From the NCBI GenBank assembly GCA_021513695.1, contig CP084166.1, positions 256,001 to 320,000 on the forward strand: DNA of 64,000 nt. Direction: 5' to 3'. The translations under genes were made by a program, and so were the position numbers. The stretch's first letter is position 1. Every line of letters starts with the position of its first letter. Shown here piece by piece: positions 37,401 to 45,832 of this stretch. The notes beneath the pieces are model-generated. The model ran no database searches. It had not been told where the DNA came from and saw only the letters and a program-made list of their open reading frames with translations. Source of the DNA: Candidatus Heimdallarchaeum aukensis (GTDB lineage Archaea; Asgardarchaeota; Heimdallarchaeia; Heimdallarchaeales; Heimdallarchaeaceae).

Positions 37401-39414
37401 TTACTCCACTGATCCTTCTAATAGTGACACTGATTTTGATGGTTTAACTGATGGTTCAGAGGTTCTCTATGGTACTGATCCTTCTAATAATGACACCGAT
37501 TCTGATGGTTTAACTGATGGTTCAGAGGTTAATACTTACTCTACTGACCCTTTGGCTTCTGACACTGATTTTGATGGTATACCTGATGGTTGGGAAGTTA
37601 CTAACGGTTTAGACCCGTTATCTGATGATTCTTCTTTCGACCCCGATAATGACGGTTTAACTAATTTAGAAGAATACTCTTCTGGTACTGACCCCAATGA
37701 TTCTGACACTGATTCCGATGGCATACCTGACGGTTGGGAGGTTACTAACAGTTTAGACCCATTATCTGATGATTCTTCTTTCGACCCCGATAATGACGGT
37801 TTAACTAATTTAGAAGAATACTCTTCTGGTACTGACCCTAATGATAGTGACACTGATTTTGATGGTTTAACTGATGGTTCAGAGGTTAATATTTACTCCA
37901 CTGACCCTAATAATAGTGACACCGATTCTGATGATATGCCTGATGGGTGGGAAGTCAGCAACAATTTGAACCCATTGAAAGACGATTCTGCTTGGGATAT
38001 TGATTCTGATGGTTTAACTAATTTAGAAGAATACACTTCTGGTACTGACCCTAATGATTCTGACACTGACTCTGATGGTATGTCTGACGGTTGGGAAGTA
38101 AACTACAGTTTGAATCCGTTATCCGATGATTCCTCTTTGGATGCTGATTCTGATGGTTTAACTAATTTAGAAGAATACTCTTCTGGTACTGACCCTAATG
38201 ATTCTGACACTGATAATGACGGTTTAACAGATTATGAAGAAATAGCGATTTATGGTACAAAACCAAATAAAAACGACACCGATGGAGATGGTGTTCCTGA
38301 TGGTGATGAAATACAAAATGGTTCAAACCCAAACAAACCTTCTTACTTACAGTTTCTGATATTATATTCAATAAAAAGGTATACTTTTGAACTGATATTT
38401 GGAATAATTGCAATAATTGGTATCATTGTAGCTACAATATTCTTAAAGAAAAAGAGAAAAACCCAAAAAATCTTAGCATCAAAAAATAGATCAAGACAAA
38501 GTACAATAAAAAGAGCAAAGAAAAAGAATTTATTGTTATCTTTCAGTGATAATTTGGAGATTATAGAACAGGAATGGAAACAGATTAATGATGAGAAATA
38601 TTCTGATAAAACATTGTTTAATACTGATTATTCTAATAAAATAAAAGAAACTTTTGCTAAATTAATAGAGACTACAATAGAATTTAACTATTACTTTACC
38701 AAAGGGACAAAATATTTGTCAAATGTTGAATGGTTAAATATAAAGAAAAGAATAAACAATTTACTTGACAAATTTAGAGACTTTTTACTACAAGAATTAG
38801 AGAAAGTTGATTTTACTAAAAAATTCTCGATAATAAAAAATGAAATAGAAAAGGTAGTTGTTGAAAATTTGCGAAACTTTGACGAAAAAGAGTTATTAAA
38901 ACCATTTAATATATTAAATACTCTAGCTACTATAAAAAATGAAATAGACAGGACTAAAGAGTTCATCGACGAATTTACTTTTTCTAAATTGACCTCTTAC
39001 TGGGGTAATTTGTCTAATCAAATTACAAATATTATTGTTGAAATAGAAAGACAAAAAGAGGAAACAGAAAGAATTATACAAGAAACAAAGGAAATAATGG
39101 AAAACGAGAAATTGAATCAAGAACGATTAGAAATTCTAAACAAAGTAGTTTCTATCTATACACAAATTTCATTATCTAAACTTTCTTCGTTGCTTAAGTT
39201 ACCTTCGATATCTGCTCTAACTTATTGGTTATCAACTCAAAATTTAGATATTGATTATATAATTGTCGACGATGAAATAATCTTTGAAAAACAAAAAGGA
39301 GAAAAAAATGAAAATGATGTTGATTATGATAACGAAGTAACTAATGCGATAGACTCTCTATTAAAACAATTTGATGAATGGGCAAAAAAGGATGAAGGAA
39401 AAAAAATAGATTAA
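31474..39414 (+). CDS. giant surface adhesin-like protein (2646 aa): signal/anchor, FG-GAP-like propeller repeats, LamG-like jelly-roll domains, about 50 thrombospondin-type-3-like Ca-binding repeats, TM helix, 330-aa cytoplasmic coiled-coil tail
   Basis: N-terminal hydrophobic LLLILVLAPTIVMI. DxDxDG loops DFDLDGNVDLV, DLDNDGNPNVAV, DYDHNGYTDIIVV, DLLGDGEITMVF (FG-GAP-like). Repeating DTDSDGMPDGWEV / DADSDGLTNLEEY / DSDNDGLTDGSEV units match DxDxDGxxDxxE. TM ELIFGIIAIIGIIVATIF followed by KKKRK and a charged helical tail. Confidence 0.75.
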   Translation: MTSSVMSTTVLKSLLLILVLAPTIVMINNNENNLFNLQNEENSKNEIYSLNNSNENFIDISNKKNNDNILENDVRASNKDRILLSSLPDSANWVEKNESFTGRFYQSLSDLDEDKIPELITLSDTNGQIQDIGEPGYTKFLEYNETTGTFSNELLSISTAGPTIYYPVEAYADNAVYLLEKTFSADNSDHIFVWKKWNGTDIINVSSNIYIKNDGLYDYDSYDFDLDGNVDLVCNWGYYSGVWTRLELENGLFSSTDYSFYNGGRSIFVEDLDNDGNPNVAVLYAVDKINIYNYNPSINDFQFQQQITGISSLKVMYPWDYDHNGYTDIIVVSHETGVVIYSYEWDSSSSSYVQKLSYTIPEATDSQWTGVPRYCDLLGDGEITMVFDIVRNSRSEIGFITYENNNFAFNSIYNHTDSSKIYFTSAQIDNDPEREILVNYEKNVDEFYTKILDLEAFNEGRYFETFDSDVFLSNPNMKYSWSRSKDNVVVSNGSLKILADETNDDYAKLQLFSGTKSIQIRARVTLNGDKFNYPEIIIKNDNNEIVANLTFSQIDGWQTPQLSYLSDYRGPTIKGVWYDLMINFGFNSLTFYTKKPYQDYWRYIARFNINGNLNELIFYQRNNAEIEMDSIDIFYSYDSDNDGLSDDSETLIYQTDPLDPDTDDDAYTDGDEIETGTDPLDPLSYPKSYSSIFSENFETGILDENNWSLYSSNNVGEWTIVKYQGNYWVQHLYSGSVIGHTDPNILVSSPLNFGDNFTISYVVRPLTYQYDEVGIFFLCPNGTGFRLGTFNVYHDFIRIGASSYYDFAFTADLDKTYYMKVTYVDDTVTVFCNDSQIAQVNNIDLPSEGSLGLRSRGYYGQASHALYDNITIHSTALLNETFDFDIFDTYSNWIRDTTSFTVDTTNSWLHKGTTGSYNHIAKYNKTIQFPFTINVRGRLVSGGYDYTFPGLYLCYPNGSSMSIVFNGGGTGGDYWTFWGRRDSDYGPQAENVWWNIKVLLDNGTQFLYSKSDTDSSWILIAKTNLLFESNHIYVGFSSPWDAVFDIDYIEIISRSTNPIDTDSDGLLDEDEINIYGTNPSNSDTDSDGMPDGWEVTNSLDPLTDDSSLDADSDGLTNLEEYSSGTDPNNSDSDNDGLTDGSEVNTYNTDPNDSDTDSDGMPDGWEVNYSLDPLTDDSSLDADSDSLTNLEEYQNNTDPNNSDSDNDGLTDGSEVNTYNTDPNNSDTDSDGMPDGWEVNYSLDPLTDDSSLDPDSDSLTNLEEYQNNTDPNNSDSDNDDLTDGSEVNTYNTDPNNSDTDSDGMPDGWEVNYSLDPLTDDSSLDADSDGLTNLEEYSSGTNPSNSDTDSDGMPDGWEVNYSLDPLTDDSSLDPDSDSLTNLEEYQNNTDPNNSDSDNDDLTDGSEVNTYNTDPNNSDTDSDGMPDGWEVNYSLDPLTDDSSLDADSDSLTNLEEYSSGTNPSNSDTDSDGMPDGWEVTNSLDPLTDDSSLDADSDGLTNLEEYSSGTDPNNSDSDSDGMPDGWEVNYSLDPLTDDSSLDADSDGLTNLEEYQNNTDPNNSDSDNDGLTDGSEVNTYNTDPNDSDTDSDGMPDGWEVNYSLDPLTDDSSLDADSDSLTNLEEYQNNTDPNNSDSDNDGLTDGSEVNTYGTDPNNSDSDNDGLTDGQEVNTYGTDPNNSDTDGDSMPDDWEANNNLDPLIDDSSFDADSDGLTNLEEYSSGTDPNNSDSDNDGLTDGSEVNTYSTDPLDSDTDSDGMLDGWEVTNSLDPLTDDSSLDADSDSLTNLEEYQNNTDPNNSDSDNDGLTDGSEVNTYNTDPNDSDSDNDGMPDGWEVTNSLDPLTDDSSLDADSDGLTNLEEYSSGTGPTNSDTDSDGMPDGWEVTNSLDPLTDDSSLDTDSDGLTNLEEYSSGTDPNNSDSDSDGMPDGWEVTNSLDPLTDDSSLDADSDSLTNLEEYSSGTDPNDSDTDSDGIPDGSEVNNYSTDPSNSDTDFDGLTDGSEVLYGTDPSNNDTDSDGLTDGSEVNTYSTDPLASDTDFDGIPDGWEVTNGLDPLSDDSSFDPDNDGLTNLEEYSSGTDPNDSDTDSDGIPDGWEVTNSLDPLSDDSSFDPDNDGLTNLEEYSSGTDPNDSDTDFDGLTDGSEVNIYSTDPNNSDTDSDDMPDGWEVSNNLNPLKDDSAWDIDSDGLTNLEEYTSGTDPNDSDTDSDGMSDGWEVNYSLNPLSDDSSLDADSDGLTNLEEYSSGTDPNDSDTDNDGLTDYEEIAIYGTKPNKNDTDGDGVPDGDEIQNGSNPNKPSYLQFLILYSIKRYTFELIFGIIAIIGIIVATIFLKKKRKTQKILASKNRSRQSTIKRAKKKNLLLSFSDNLEIIEQEWKQINDEKYSDKTLFNTDYSNKIKETFAKLIETTIEFNYYFTKGTKYLSNVEWLNIKKRINNLLDKFRDFLLQELEKVDFTKKFSIIKNEIEKVVVENLRNFDEKELLKPFNILNTLATIKNEIDRTKEFIDEFTFSKLTSYWGNLSNQITNIIVEIERQKEETERIIQETKEIMENEKLNQERLEILNKVVSIYTQISLSKLSSLLKLPSISALTYWLSTQNLDIDYIIVDDEIIFEKQKGEKNENDVDYDNEVTNAIDSLLKQFDEWAKKDEGKKID
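34640..38330 (+). repeat. intragenic near-identical tandem nucleotide repeat array (213-nt and 144-nt unit variants) encoding the TSP3-like repeats
   Basis: Unit starts at 34933, 35146 and 35359 are exactly 213 nt apart with long perfectly identical stretches. The shorter 144-nt variants lack the DSDNDGLTDGSEV half-unit. The array extends about 3.7 kb. Confidence 0.85.
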
Positions 39415-39444
39415 TTTAGTTTTTAATAAATAAAAACAATAACT

Positions 39445-39462
39445 TTAATTCTTTTTTTTATG
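39445..39462. terminator. T-rich tract in a convergent intergenic region; candidate bidirectional archaeal terminator
   Basis: CTTTTTTTTA at 39451..39460 between convergent gene ends (39414 + and 39670 -). Archaeal termination typically uses oligo-T. Confidence 0.3.
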
Positions 39463-39669
39463 CTTATTCTTATTAAAAAGTTTTAGTTTTAGATTAAAAA
39501 AATCATGCATTATTATCATACTTTTTATTAAAAGACTGTTTATTCTAACGATATAACAACCAATATTATCAAGTTGAAGATACCATAAATAAACTAAATT
39601 AAGTTAAAAACCGTCTGTTATGATTTTTTTTACTTTCCAAGCATTAATTTTTTATTGAAATATTTTGTT

Positions 39670-41481
39670 TTAAAGAAAATTTGTTATAGCTTTTTGTATT
39701 TGTTCAATTGTTTTGTATCTTTCAAAGCGGAATTCTTTGTTAAATCTAGTTCCTCTTGGGTCTAACAGTATGTGAACTGCTTTATCATTTTCGTTTCTAA
39801 TTGCTCTTCCAAAAGATTGAATTATTCTTTGAACAGTAGGAATAATTATTGTAAAATCTATTGCGAATTTTTTTCCATATTTTTTAGTTAATTCTTCTCT
39901 TAGAATTTGATTTTTTGGGTCAGGTGGAGGAAAAGGGAGGGCTGTGATAATTACTCCTTTGATAATACTCTTACCATTTTTTGTGAATTCTATTCCCTCC
40001 GAGATCTTTCCTCCAACGACACAGGCAACAGCTTTTTTTTCTTCAGCATTAGATAATATTGCTTGAACTGTAGAAATGTCCATTTTTGGTGTTTCTGAGA
40101 TGTCGACATCTAGAAAATAATTCTCTGTAAGGTCGTTTAGATATTTATAAGATGGGCAGAAAACAAGAACATGACCAGGAATAGCTTTATGTATCCTGTC
40201 GATTGCTTTAGCAATTTTTAAGAAATATTTTTCATCTCTGTATTGAAATTTACCATTATAATCTTTGTTTGACAAAATCATGTATTTTGAGTTCTTCGAA
40301 TTGGTTGAATAAAGTTGCAATTTTTCTGATTTAGGAAGACTAAAAAGCCTTTGAAATGAGTGAATAGGTTCAAAGCTTCCACTCATCATTACTATTTTTC
40401 TTGCGTCGACTATTTTCCTTAAAATAGTTGATGGTAGAGGATTTATAGTTGATAATCTTTTTGTGTCTGATATTACTCTCTTTCCTTGACTTTCTTTTAT
40501 AAAGTGGTAAGCAATGTAAGCATTGATTGATTTAATCTCTTCTTTCCTATATTGAGCATTGAGTTTCTTTAATATCTCTTTTTCAAAATTCTTTAGTTCT
40601 TCCTCATCCAATTTATAATTAAAAACCTGTGTTTCAGTTATTTTTTCTAATAGTTCTTGAATAAAAGGATGGTTATTTTCTTCTACTGCTTTTTCTAAAA
40701 TGCTTTTAGTAATCTCTAAATTTAGAACTTGGAATAAATTATGTGCTTCATCTACTGCAATTATGGCTTTAGAAAGGTCAATTTTTAACCTGTTAAAGAG
40801 ATAATTAAAAAGAAAGTAATCTTCAAGAAAAGGGTAGCTGGTTATTACTACATCTGCATTTTGAGCAAGAATAAAATTGACATAATATGGACAATAATTA
40901 GTATTTTCATAGACAGATACCAAATCTTCTTTAGAATTCATATCAGGATAAACTGAAAAAAGGTTTTTGGCAATCTTTTTGATTTGTGAATTTGTAAGGA
41001 GTTTTGTTTTCTGTTTTAAGGTACATTTAGTCAAAGAACAGATGTGGGTATACATCTCTCCAGGGTATTTTTTATTTCTCTTAACACACAATTCATTTTT
41101 TCCCAAGATGGTTAGAACTAAAGGTAAATTGAAATTAAAATGCTCCTTTAATTTGTCCCAATTGGCAATTATTTTTCTATAAATAAGTCCAAATTCTTTC
41201 AAGAAGACGTTTATCTGAGCTTTAGTTCTTACAAAAATAATGACTTTTTCTTCTGGTTTCTTAACTGCGAGCAGACTAACAAGTAAAGCAGCAGTTTTTC
41301 CTACTCCTGTTGTAGCAGAGACAAGTAAAGGATTCTTTGTAGTTAAAACCCTTTGAATAAAGCTTAATTGATCCTTTTTGATTTCTGGAAAAGGGAAAAG
41401 ATCTTTTACTCTATTCCATTCTTCATCCTGTATTTGTGTTATTGACCTATTTAGGTGCTGATTTAGAACCATTTCATCCAT
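39670..41481 (-). CDS. xpd: XPD/Rad3-family iron-sulfur DNA helicase
   Basis: 603 aa. Walker A VSATTGVGKTAALL. DEAH box IIAVDEAHNL. Four-Cys cluster between them (CVKRN...HICSLTKCTLKQ...YCPYY), consistent with the XPD FeS domain. Motif VI QSFGRAIRN. Confidence 0.8.
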   Translation of the reverse strand: MDEMVLNQHLNRSITQIQDEEWNRVKDLFPFPEIKKDQLSFIQRVLTTKNPLLVSATTGVGKTAALLVSLLAVKKPEEKVIIFVRTKAQINVFLKEFGLIYRKIIANWDKLKEHFNFNLPLVLTILGKNELCVKRNKKYPGEMYTHICSLTKCTLKQKTKLLTNSQIKKIAKNLFSVYPDMNSKEDLVSVYENTNYCPYYVNFILAQNADVVITSYPFLEDYFLFNYLFNRLKIDLSKAIIAVDEAHNLFQVLNLEITKSILEKAVEENNHPFIQELLEKITETQVFNYKLDEEELKNFEKEILKKLNAQYRKEEIKSINAYIAYHFIKESQGKRVISDTKRLSTINPLPSTILRKIVDARKIVMMSGSFEPIHSFQRLFSLPKSEKLQLYSTNSKNSKYMILSNKDYNGKFQYRDEKYFLKIAKAIDRIHKAIPGHVLVFCPSYKYLNDLTENYFLDVDISETPKMDISTVQAILSNAEEKKAVACVVGGKISEGIEFTKNGKSIIKGVIITALPFPPPDPKNQILREELTKKYGKKFAIDFTIIIPTVQRIIQSFGRAIRNENDKAVHILLDPRGTRFNKEFRFERYKTIEQIQKAITNFL

Positions 41482-41564
41482 TAAATTGATTTAATAAATG
41501 ATATAAAAAGTAGAGAAAAATCGTTAATTAACTTTATAATATCAAAAATTTCTAAGTAATTAGA

Positions 41565-42536
41565 ATGACTAAATCGACTGTAACAAAGAATGGAAACAAA
41601 GATTCAAAGATATTACCAATTACATTAAAGCTATCTGTTATAAGTTTTAATCGTGTTTCTATCCCATCTCATTTAAGCTTCATTGAAACTGGTGATACAA
41701 TAATAGGAACTATTGAACATGAACTATTGCCAAGTCCTCAATATTTAAACAAGCAATTAAGTTCTAATCGAACTATAACTTTAGGTTTCTTAAAAAAACA
41801 ATTTCCTGGAAAAAAGCTACCTGAAAATATAACTATAACTATTAGAGAAGTGATAAAAAAGAAAGAATCTTTGCCCACAGTAAATGTTTTTGGGTATATA
41901 AGAAATCAAGACAAACTAATTTATTTTGATAAGTCTGAATTTTCTTCCTCTTCTCTAAAAAAATTAAAAGATAAAGCGAAGAATAGTGTTGAAATATTAT
42001 ATACAAAAAAAGATAATATGCCGTTTACTATTCTTCAAGGAGATTATTTTAAGGATTTAGATCTTTGGGTAGTTCCTATTATTTTCTATCTTCAAGGAGA
42101 TTTTGGTTTAGTTCCATCTTGCCTGTTACTGCTTTTTGATAAAGTAAACTTTACTAAATTTTCATCAATACAAGATAAGGCTAATCTTTTGATAGAGCGA
42201 TATGTTACTTGGTTAAGTTTTGAAGAAGATTTGAATGAAGAAACAATCAAACTCTTTGCTTTACAGCTGACTCATATAATAGAAACTAATACTTTACCAG
42301 CTTTCTATGGATTACAAGAAATACTAACAATGGAAGATGAACTTAAAAAAAGAATATTGATTATCTGCATTAAAAACAGGAAAAAAAATGGAATTACTTT
42401 AGAAGAGTTATTTGAACATTTAGAAAGTTACAGTGAAGAAGTAGTTAAAAACAAAGTTGAACAATTAGAAAAAGAGAATCTTCTTTTATTATTGGACAAA
42501 AAAACTGAATCATATGATATTTCTTGGTTGTTGTAG
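41565..42536 (+). CDS. hypothetical protein, possible C-terminal winged helix
   Basis: 323 aa. C-terminal ITLEELFEHLESYSEEVVKNKVEQLEKENLL resembles a wH. No other motifs. Confidence 0.3.
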   Translation: MTKSTVTKNGNKDSKILPITLKLSVISFNRVSIPSHLSFIETGDTIIGTIEHELLPSPQYLNKQLSSNRTITLGFLKKQFPGKKLPENITITIREVIKKKESLPTVNVFGYIRNQDKLIYFDKSEFSSSSLKKLKDKAKNSVEILYTKKDNMPFTILQGDYFKDLDLWVVPIIFYLQGDFGLVPSCLLLLFDKVNFTKFSSIQDKANLLIERYVTWLSFEEDLNEETIKLFALQLTHIIETNTLPAFYGLQEILTMEDELKKRILIICIKNRKKNGITLEELFEHLESYSEEVVKNKVEQLEKENLLLLLDKKTESYDISWLL

Positions 42537-42569
42537 TTAAGGCAATTTGAACTTTAATGAACTCTTTTT

Positions 42570-44093
42570 TTGAAAAAGTTAGTAAAAATATATAAAACTA
42601 CAAAACAATCTTTAATTATGGTGCTTTACTTAGCCAAAATAATTAATTTTTACTCAAGGTTTATTGGTTACATATTGTCTTTTATTGTACCCATCTTTTT
42701 GATAGGAATTATCTCATTAGAAGGAGTATCAGTCGAAGCAATAACCTCATCTTCATTCTTGTTTGCTATTACTATTAGTTGGGGTGTGTTATTAGGAAAT
42801 AGTTTACTACTTTCAATAAATGCAATTATCGTTTCTCTTTCTTTTGATAATGAAGTAAGAAAACTAAAAGAAGAAGGAAAACCAATAGAATCTGCTGAAG
42901 GTTTCAGGAATCTAGAAAGACGTTATAAAATGAGCAACTTTTTTATTTTCGTTATACTTTTTCTAGCTATTCTTTCTTGGTTGTTTTTTAACTTCGCTAT
43001 TAAAATAAAAGAAGAGTTAGCAAAGTTCTTTAACTATGTGATTAGTGAAGAAAAACTAGCTTCTCTTAATCTTTATCTAACTTTAAGCTTTCTACTATTT
43101 ACAGTTGCAGCAACTTTAATTTTTCGTATTCCTTCAATTGCAGACCTAAGAATTGGAACTTTGTTGAAATACTATAAACCTTCAAGACACAAATATGTTT
43201 TGAATTCGTACTTTTATGATGTTGTGTTTAGTTTACTTGATCCTATTACTCGCATCTATTTTTTGAAATGGAGTGAGAAGTCAGTTAAACAATTAAACGA
43301 TGATTTTGCTCCTAAAATTGTTTCTTTGATTGAAAGAAAGAATTTAGCTGTTCAAAACATATTAATTCTATATTATTTACATCATCGATTTCCTAGTTTA
43401 ATTGATTTTGATACTTTAAAAAATGAAATCAAAAGAATTATCCCAGAAGAAAGAGTTGATAACCTATTTTACAGATATGAATTCAACTTAGAAACTTGGA
43501 AAAAGATATTTTCAATCTTACTCAAGAAAAATAGGGACTTATTTTTAATTATTGACAGAATAATATTTACTTTGAAAGAAACACCTTATGTTATGAATTC
43601 TAAGAAATACTGGTTTACTAGTGCTGTTCCTCCAACTCAAAAAAAAGAAGAAAGCCAAGACATTATCTTTTTTGTTTGGAATCGAAATAAAAATTCAGGA
43701 TATTCACCATTTATTTCCTTAAGCTTCATTGGAGCTGATGATCTCTCTCCTCACGATTTTGAAATGTCATTTAAAATACGTAAATATGATGATTTCATTT
43801 TAATTCCTGAAGATTATGATTTTGATAAAAACCCTGATTTACGTTTTTTGGTTAAACTTGTTACAGGGATTGTTTATCAAGGAACAGGTATATGGTTTTC
43901 AGTACATAGCGAGAACATTGGTAGCAATATGATTGCCATCGAGTTTAGAGAAAAAGAAGAACCTTTAGAAACACAGATGTTCAACATGAGAGTAGTTATA
44001 GATTTTAGAACAATTTTACAGTCGTGGGGACCAAGATTACTCGCATCCTTTGGTGTGCTTCTACCTTTAGTCAAAGCAATATTAGGGTTATAA
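42570..44093 (+). CDS. membrane protein with a C-terminal soluble domain
   Basis: 507 aa. About 6 N-terminal hydrophobic helices, then a 300-aa soluble region. No motifs. Confidence 0.4.
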   Translation: MKKLVKIYKTTKQSLIMVLYLAKIINFYSRFIGYILSFIVPIFLIGIISLEGVSVEAITSSSFLFAITISWGVLLGNSLLLSINAIIVSLSFDNEVRKLKEEGKPIESAEGFRNLERRYKMSNFFIFVILFLAILSWLFFNFAIKIKEELAKFFNYVISEEKLASLNLYLTLSFLLFTVAATLIFRIPSIADLRIGTLLKYYKPSRHKYVLNSYFYDVVFSLLDPITRIYFLKWSEKSVKQLNDDFAPKIVSLIERKNLAVQNILILYYLHHRFPSLIDFDTLKNEIKRIIPEERVDNLFYRYEFNLETWKKIFSILLKKNRDLFLIIDRIIFTLKETPYVMNSKKYWFTSAVPPTQKKEESQDIIFFVWNRNKNSGYSPFISLSFIGADDLSPHDFEMSFKIRKYDDFILIPEDYDFDKNPDLRFLVKLVTGIVYQGTGIWFSVHSENIGSNMIAIEFREKEEPLETQMFNMRVVIDFRTILQSWGPRLLASFGVLLPLVKAILGL

Positions 44094-44156
44094 GTTCTCT
44101 TTTTTTTCTTTTTTATTGATTTACAATATACTTTGGAAAAAATAAGAAAAAGGTTA

Positions 44157-45587
44157 TTACAAATTTGTTGCTTTCTTCTGATAAAGAAAATCACTCAAGA
44201 ACCCTTCATGTGGTGCTGCTAAGTCCATCAAGAAAGAACTTTCATTTACAAAAACTTTATGTATTGATGGTTCACGTAGATACTCTCTTGCCTTTTCTTT
44301 CTTATCTGTTATTACGCTTAAAGCAAGAGTATTTTGTACTAACTCATGAGGTAAATACTCGTTAACTCTTGTTATTGTACCAAATGGAAATGGATACTCA
44401 TCTGTCCTCATTTTATGGTCCTCTTTTAGTTCTAGCAATATAGGAAGTAGATAACCAAATTCTCCGTTAAGATAGAGAAAATCATCATATCCTCTATATT
44501 CAGATGTTAGATCTTTTGTATTTTTCATTCGTTGTCTGATATAACTAGCCAAATTTTTTGCTCCTTCTTTCGTCATTGCAGGGAGTTGGGCTTCTTCTTC
44601 AAGAGGATGATAAGGTTCAATCTTTGCTAGTTTTTTAGCAAGCTTATGCTTAAATTCATCATATCCTTCATCTGAATTATATACTATGCTTGATGCATTA
44701 ATGCATCCTCTTCCTCCATCATAAATTATACTTCTATAAGCTATATCAAGAGCTTGACGCATTCTGTATGTACTCATCTTTTCAGCGTCTATTAATATTT
44801 TAGATCTACCAGGTCCATAAGTTTTGATTTGATTATTTTTTCCATACATCTGAATTGTCCAATCTGAACCAAATACTATCCCTAAATCGCTCTTTGTTAT
44901 TAAAGTATCTACTTCTGCATGTGTTGTTACAAAGTGGAAAAGAGCTTCTGAAGGTATTCCTGCTTCCCATAGTGCCTTGCATATTCTATAACTAGTAAAA
45001 GGTTCACTGCTTGAAGAGCGTATTATTGCTGGAATTTTGAATAATGGGATTAAAGCTCCAAATAAAGCTACTGCTGGATGATTCCCTGGAAGAGCTACTC
45101 CAACGTTTTTTCCTTTAGGACTAAAACCAAACTTTGTTGTCCCTCTTACCCCTACTAGCTTATCATATATTTCTATTTCACTTGTAGGACTGTTAGCTAT
45201 TAGAAAACGTTCTAACTGTTCTTTCTTGAAAAAAGCAGGTATCATTTCTACAGCATTTCTTACTACAGAAATTGGCATTCCAGTAGATAAAGTTATCAGT
45301 TTAATCCAATTATTGAGAGTAGTGCTTTGTCCTCCTATCTCCATTTCTTTAGAAAAAATCTTTCCTGCTTCAACATAGATATCAATAAGATCATCTATTG
45401 GGATTTTTGATAGTTTTCGGAAACCAATCCCTCTATTTATTGGAATAGCCATTTGTATATGTAATTCTGGGGAAAAGCTTATGTTAGTAAGAAATCTTCC
45501 GTTTATTGCTTTTAATGGTACCTTTGTTGAACTTAAATATTCTGTACCATTTCTTAATGTTGGTAAATCACTTAGTAAAGAACTCAT
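44157..45587 (-). CDS. aldehyde dehydrogenase superfamily protein (ALDH or acyl-CoA reductase-like)
   Basis: 476 aa. GGRGCINASSIV resembles the ALDH catalytic Cys loop (GQxCxAxxR). TYGPGRSKILID resembles the ELGGKSP region. Length typical of the family. Confidence 0.5.
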   Translation of the reverse strand: MSSLLSDLPTLRNGTEYLSSTKVPLKAINGRFLTNISFSPELHIQMAIPINRGIGFRKLSKIPIDDLIDIYVEAGKIFSKEMEIGGQSTTLNNWIKLITLSTGMPISVVRNAVEMIPAFFKKEQLERFLIANSPTSEIEIYDKLVGVRGTTKFGFSPKGKNVGVALPGNHPAVALFGALIPLFKIPAIIRSSSSEPFTSYRICKALWEAGIPSEALFHFVTTHAEVDTLITKSDLGIVFGSDWTIQMYGKNNQIKTYGPGRSKILIDAEKMSTYRMRQALDIAYRSIIYDGGRGCINASSIVYNSDEGYDEFKHKLAKKLAKIEPYHPLEEEAQLPAMTKEGAKNLASYIRQRMKNTKDLTSEYRGYDDFLYLNGEFGYLLPILLELKEDHKMRTDEYPFPFGTITRVNEYLPHELVQNTLALSVITDKKEKAREYLREPSIHKVFVNESSFLMDLAAPHEGFLSDFLYQKKATNL

Positions 45588-45832
45588 TTTATTTTCAATA
45601 ATTTATCACAAAAATCATTTATAAAGAAGGAAATTTTTTTGTCTACTTTTTTCTTTTAGACTTTTAAGACAGGTAGTCATAAAATTAATACACACATTTT
45701 AGCACGAGAAATCTCTTGCTCCCATATCTGCAGGAGAAGAATTTTCTTCTCCTATATTATATACAGATTAATCTCTTACTACACTAAGACTAACAAAGAT
45801 TTTTTAAATGTTCAAAAAAAGCAAAAGTTGAT

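Noticed and set aside
35757-37853. Long minus-strand ORFs (35757..35996, 36900..37376, 37536..37853) with repetitive SESxGSVPEEYSSKLVK translations
   Set aside because: They lie antisense within the near-identical TSP3-like tandem array of the giant gene. Their repetitive, low-complexity translation is a by-product of the coding repeat, not an independent gene.
34640-38330. Regularly spaced short repeats that could be mistaken for a CRISPR array
   Set aside because: The repeats are contiguous with no unique spacers. They are in-frame within a 7.9-kb ORF and encode a conserved Ca-binding peptide motif.
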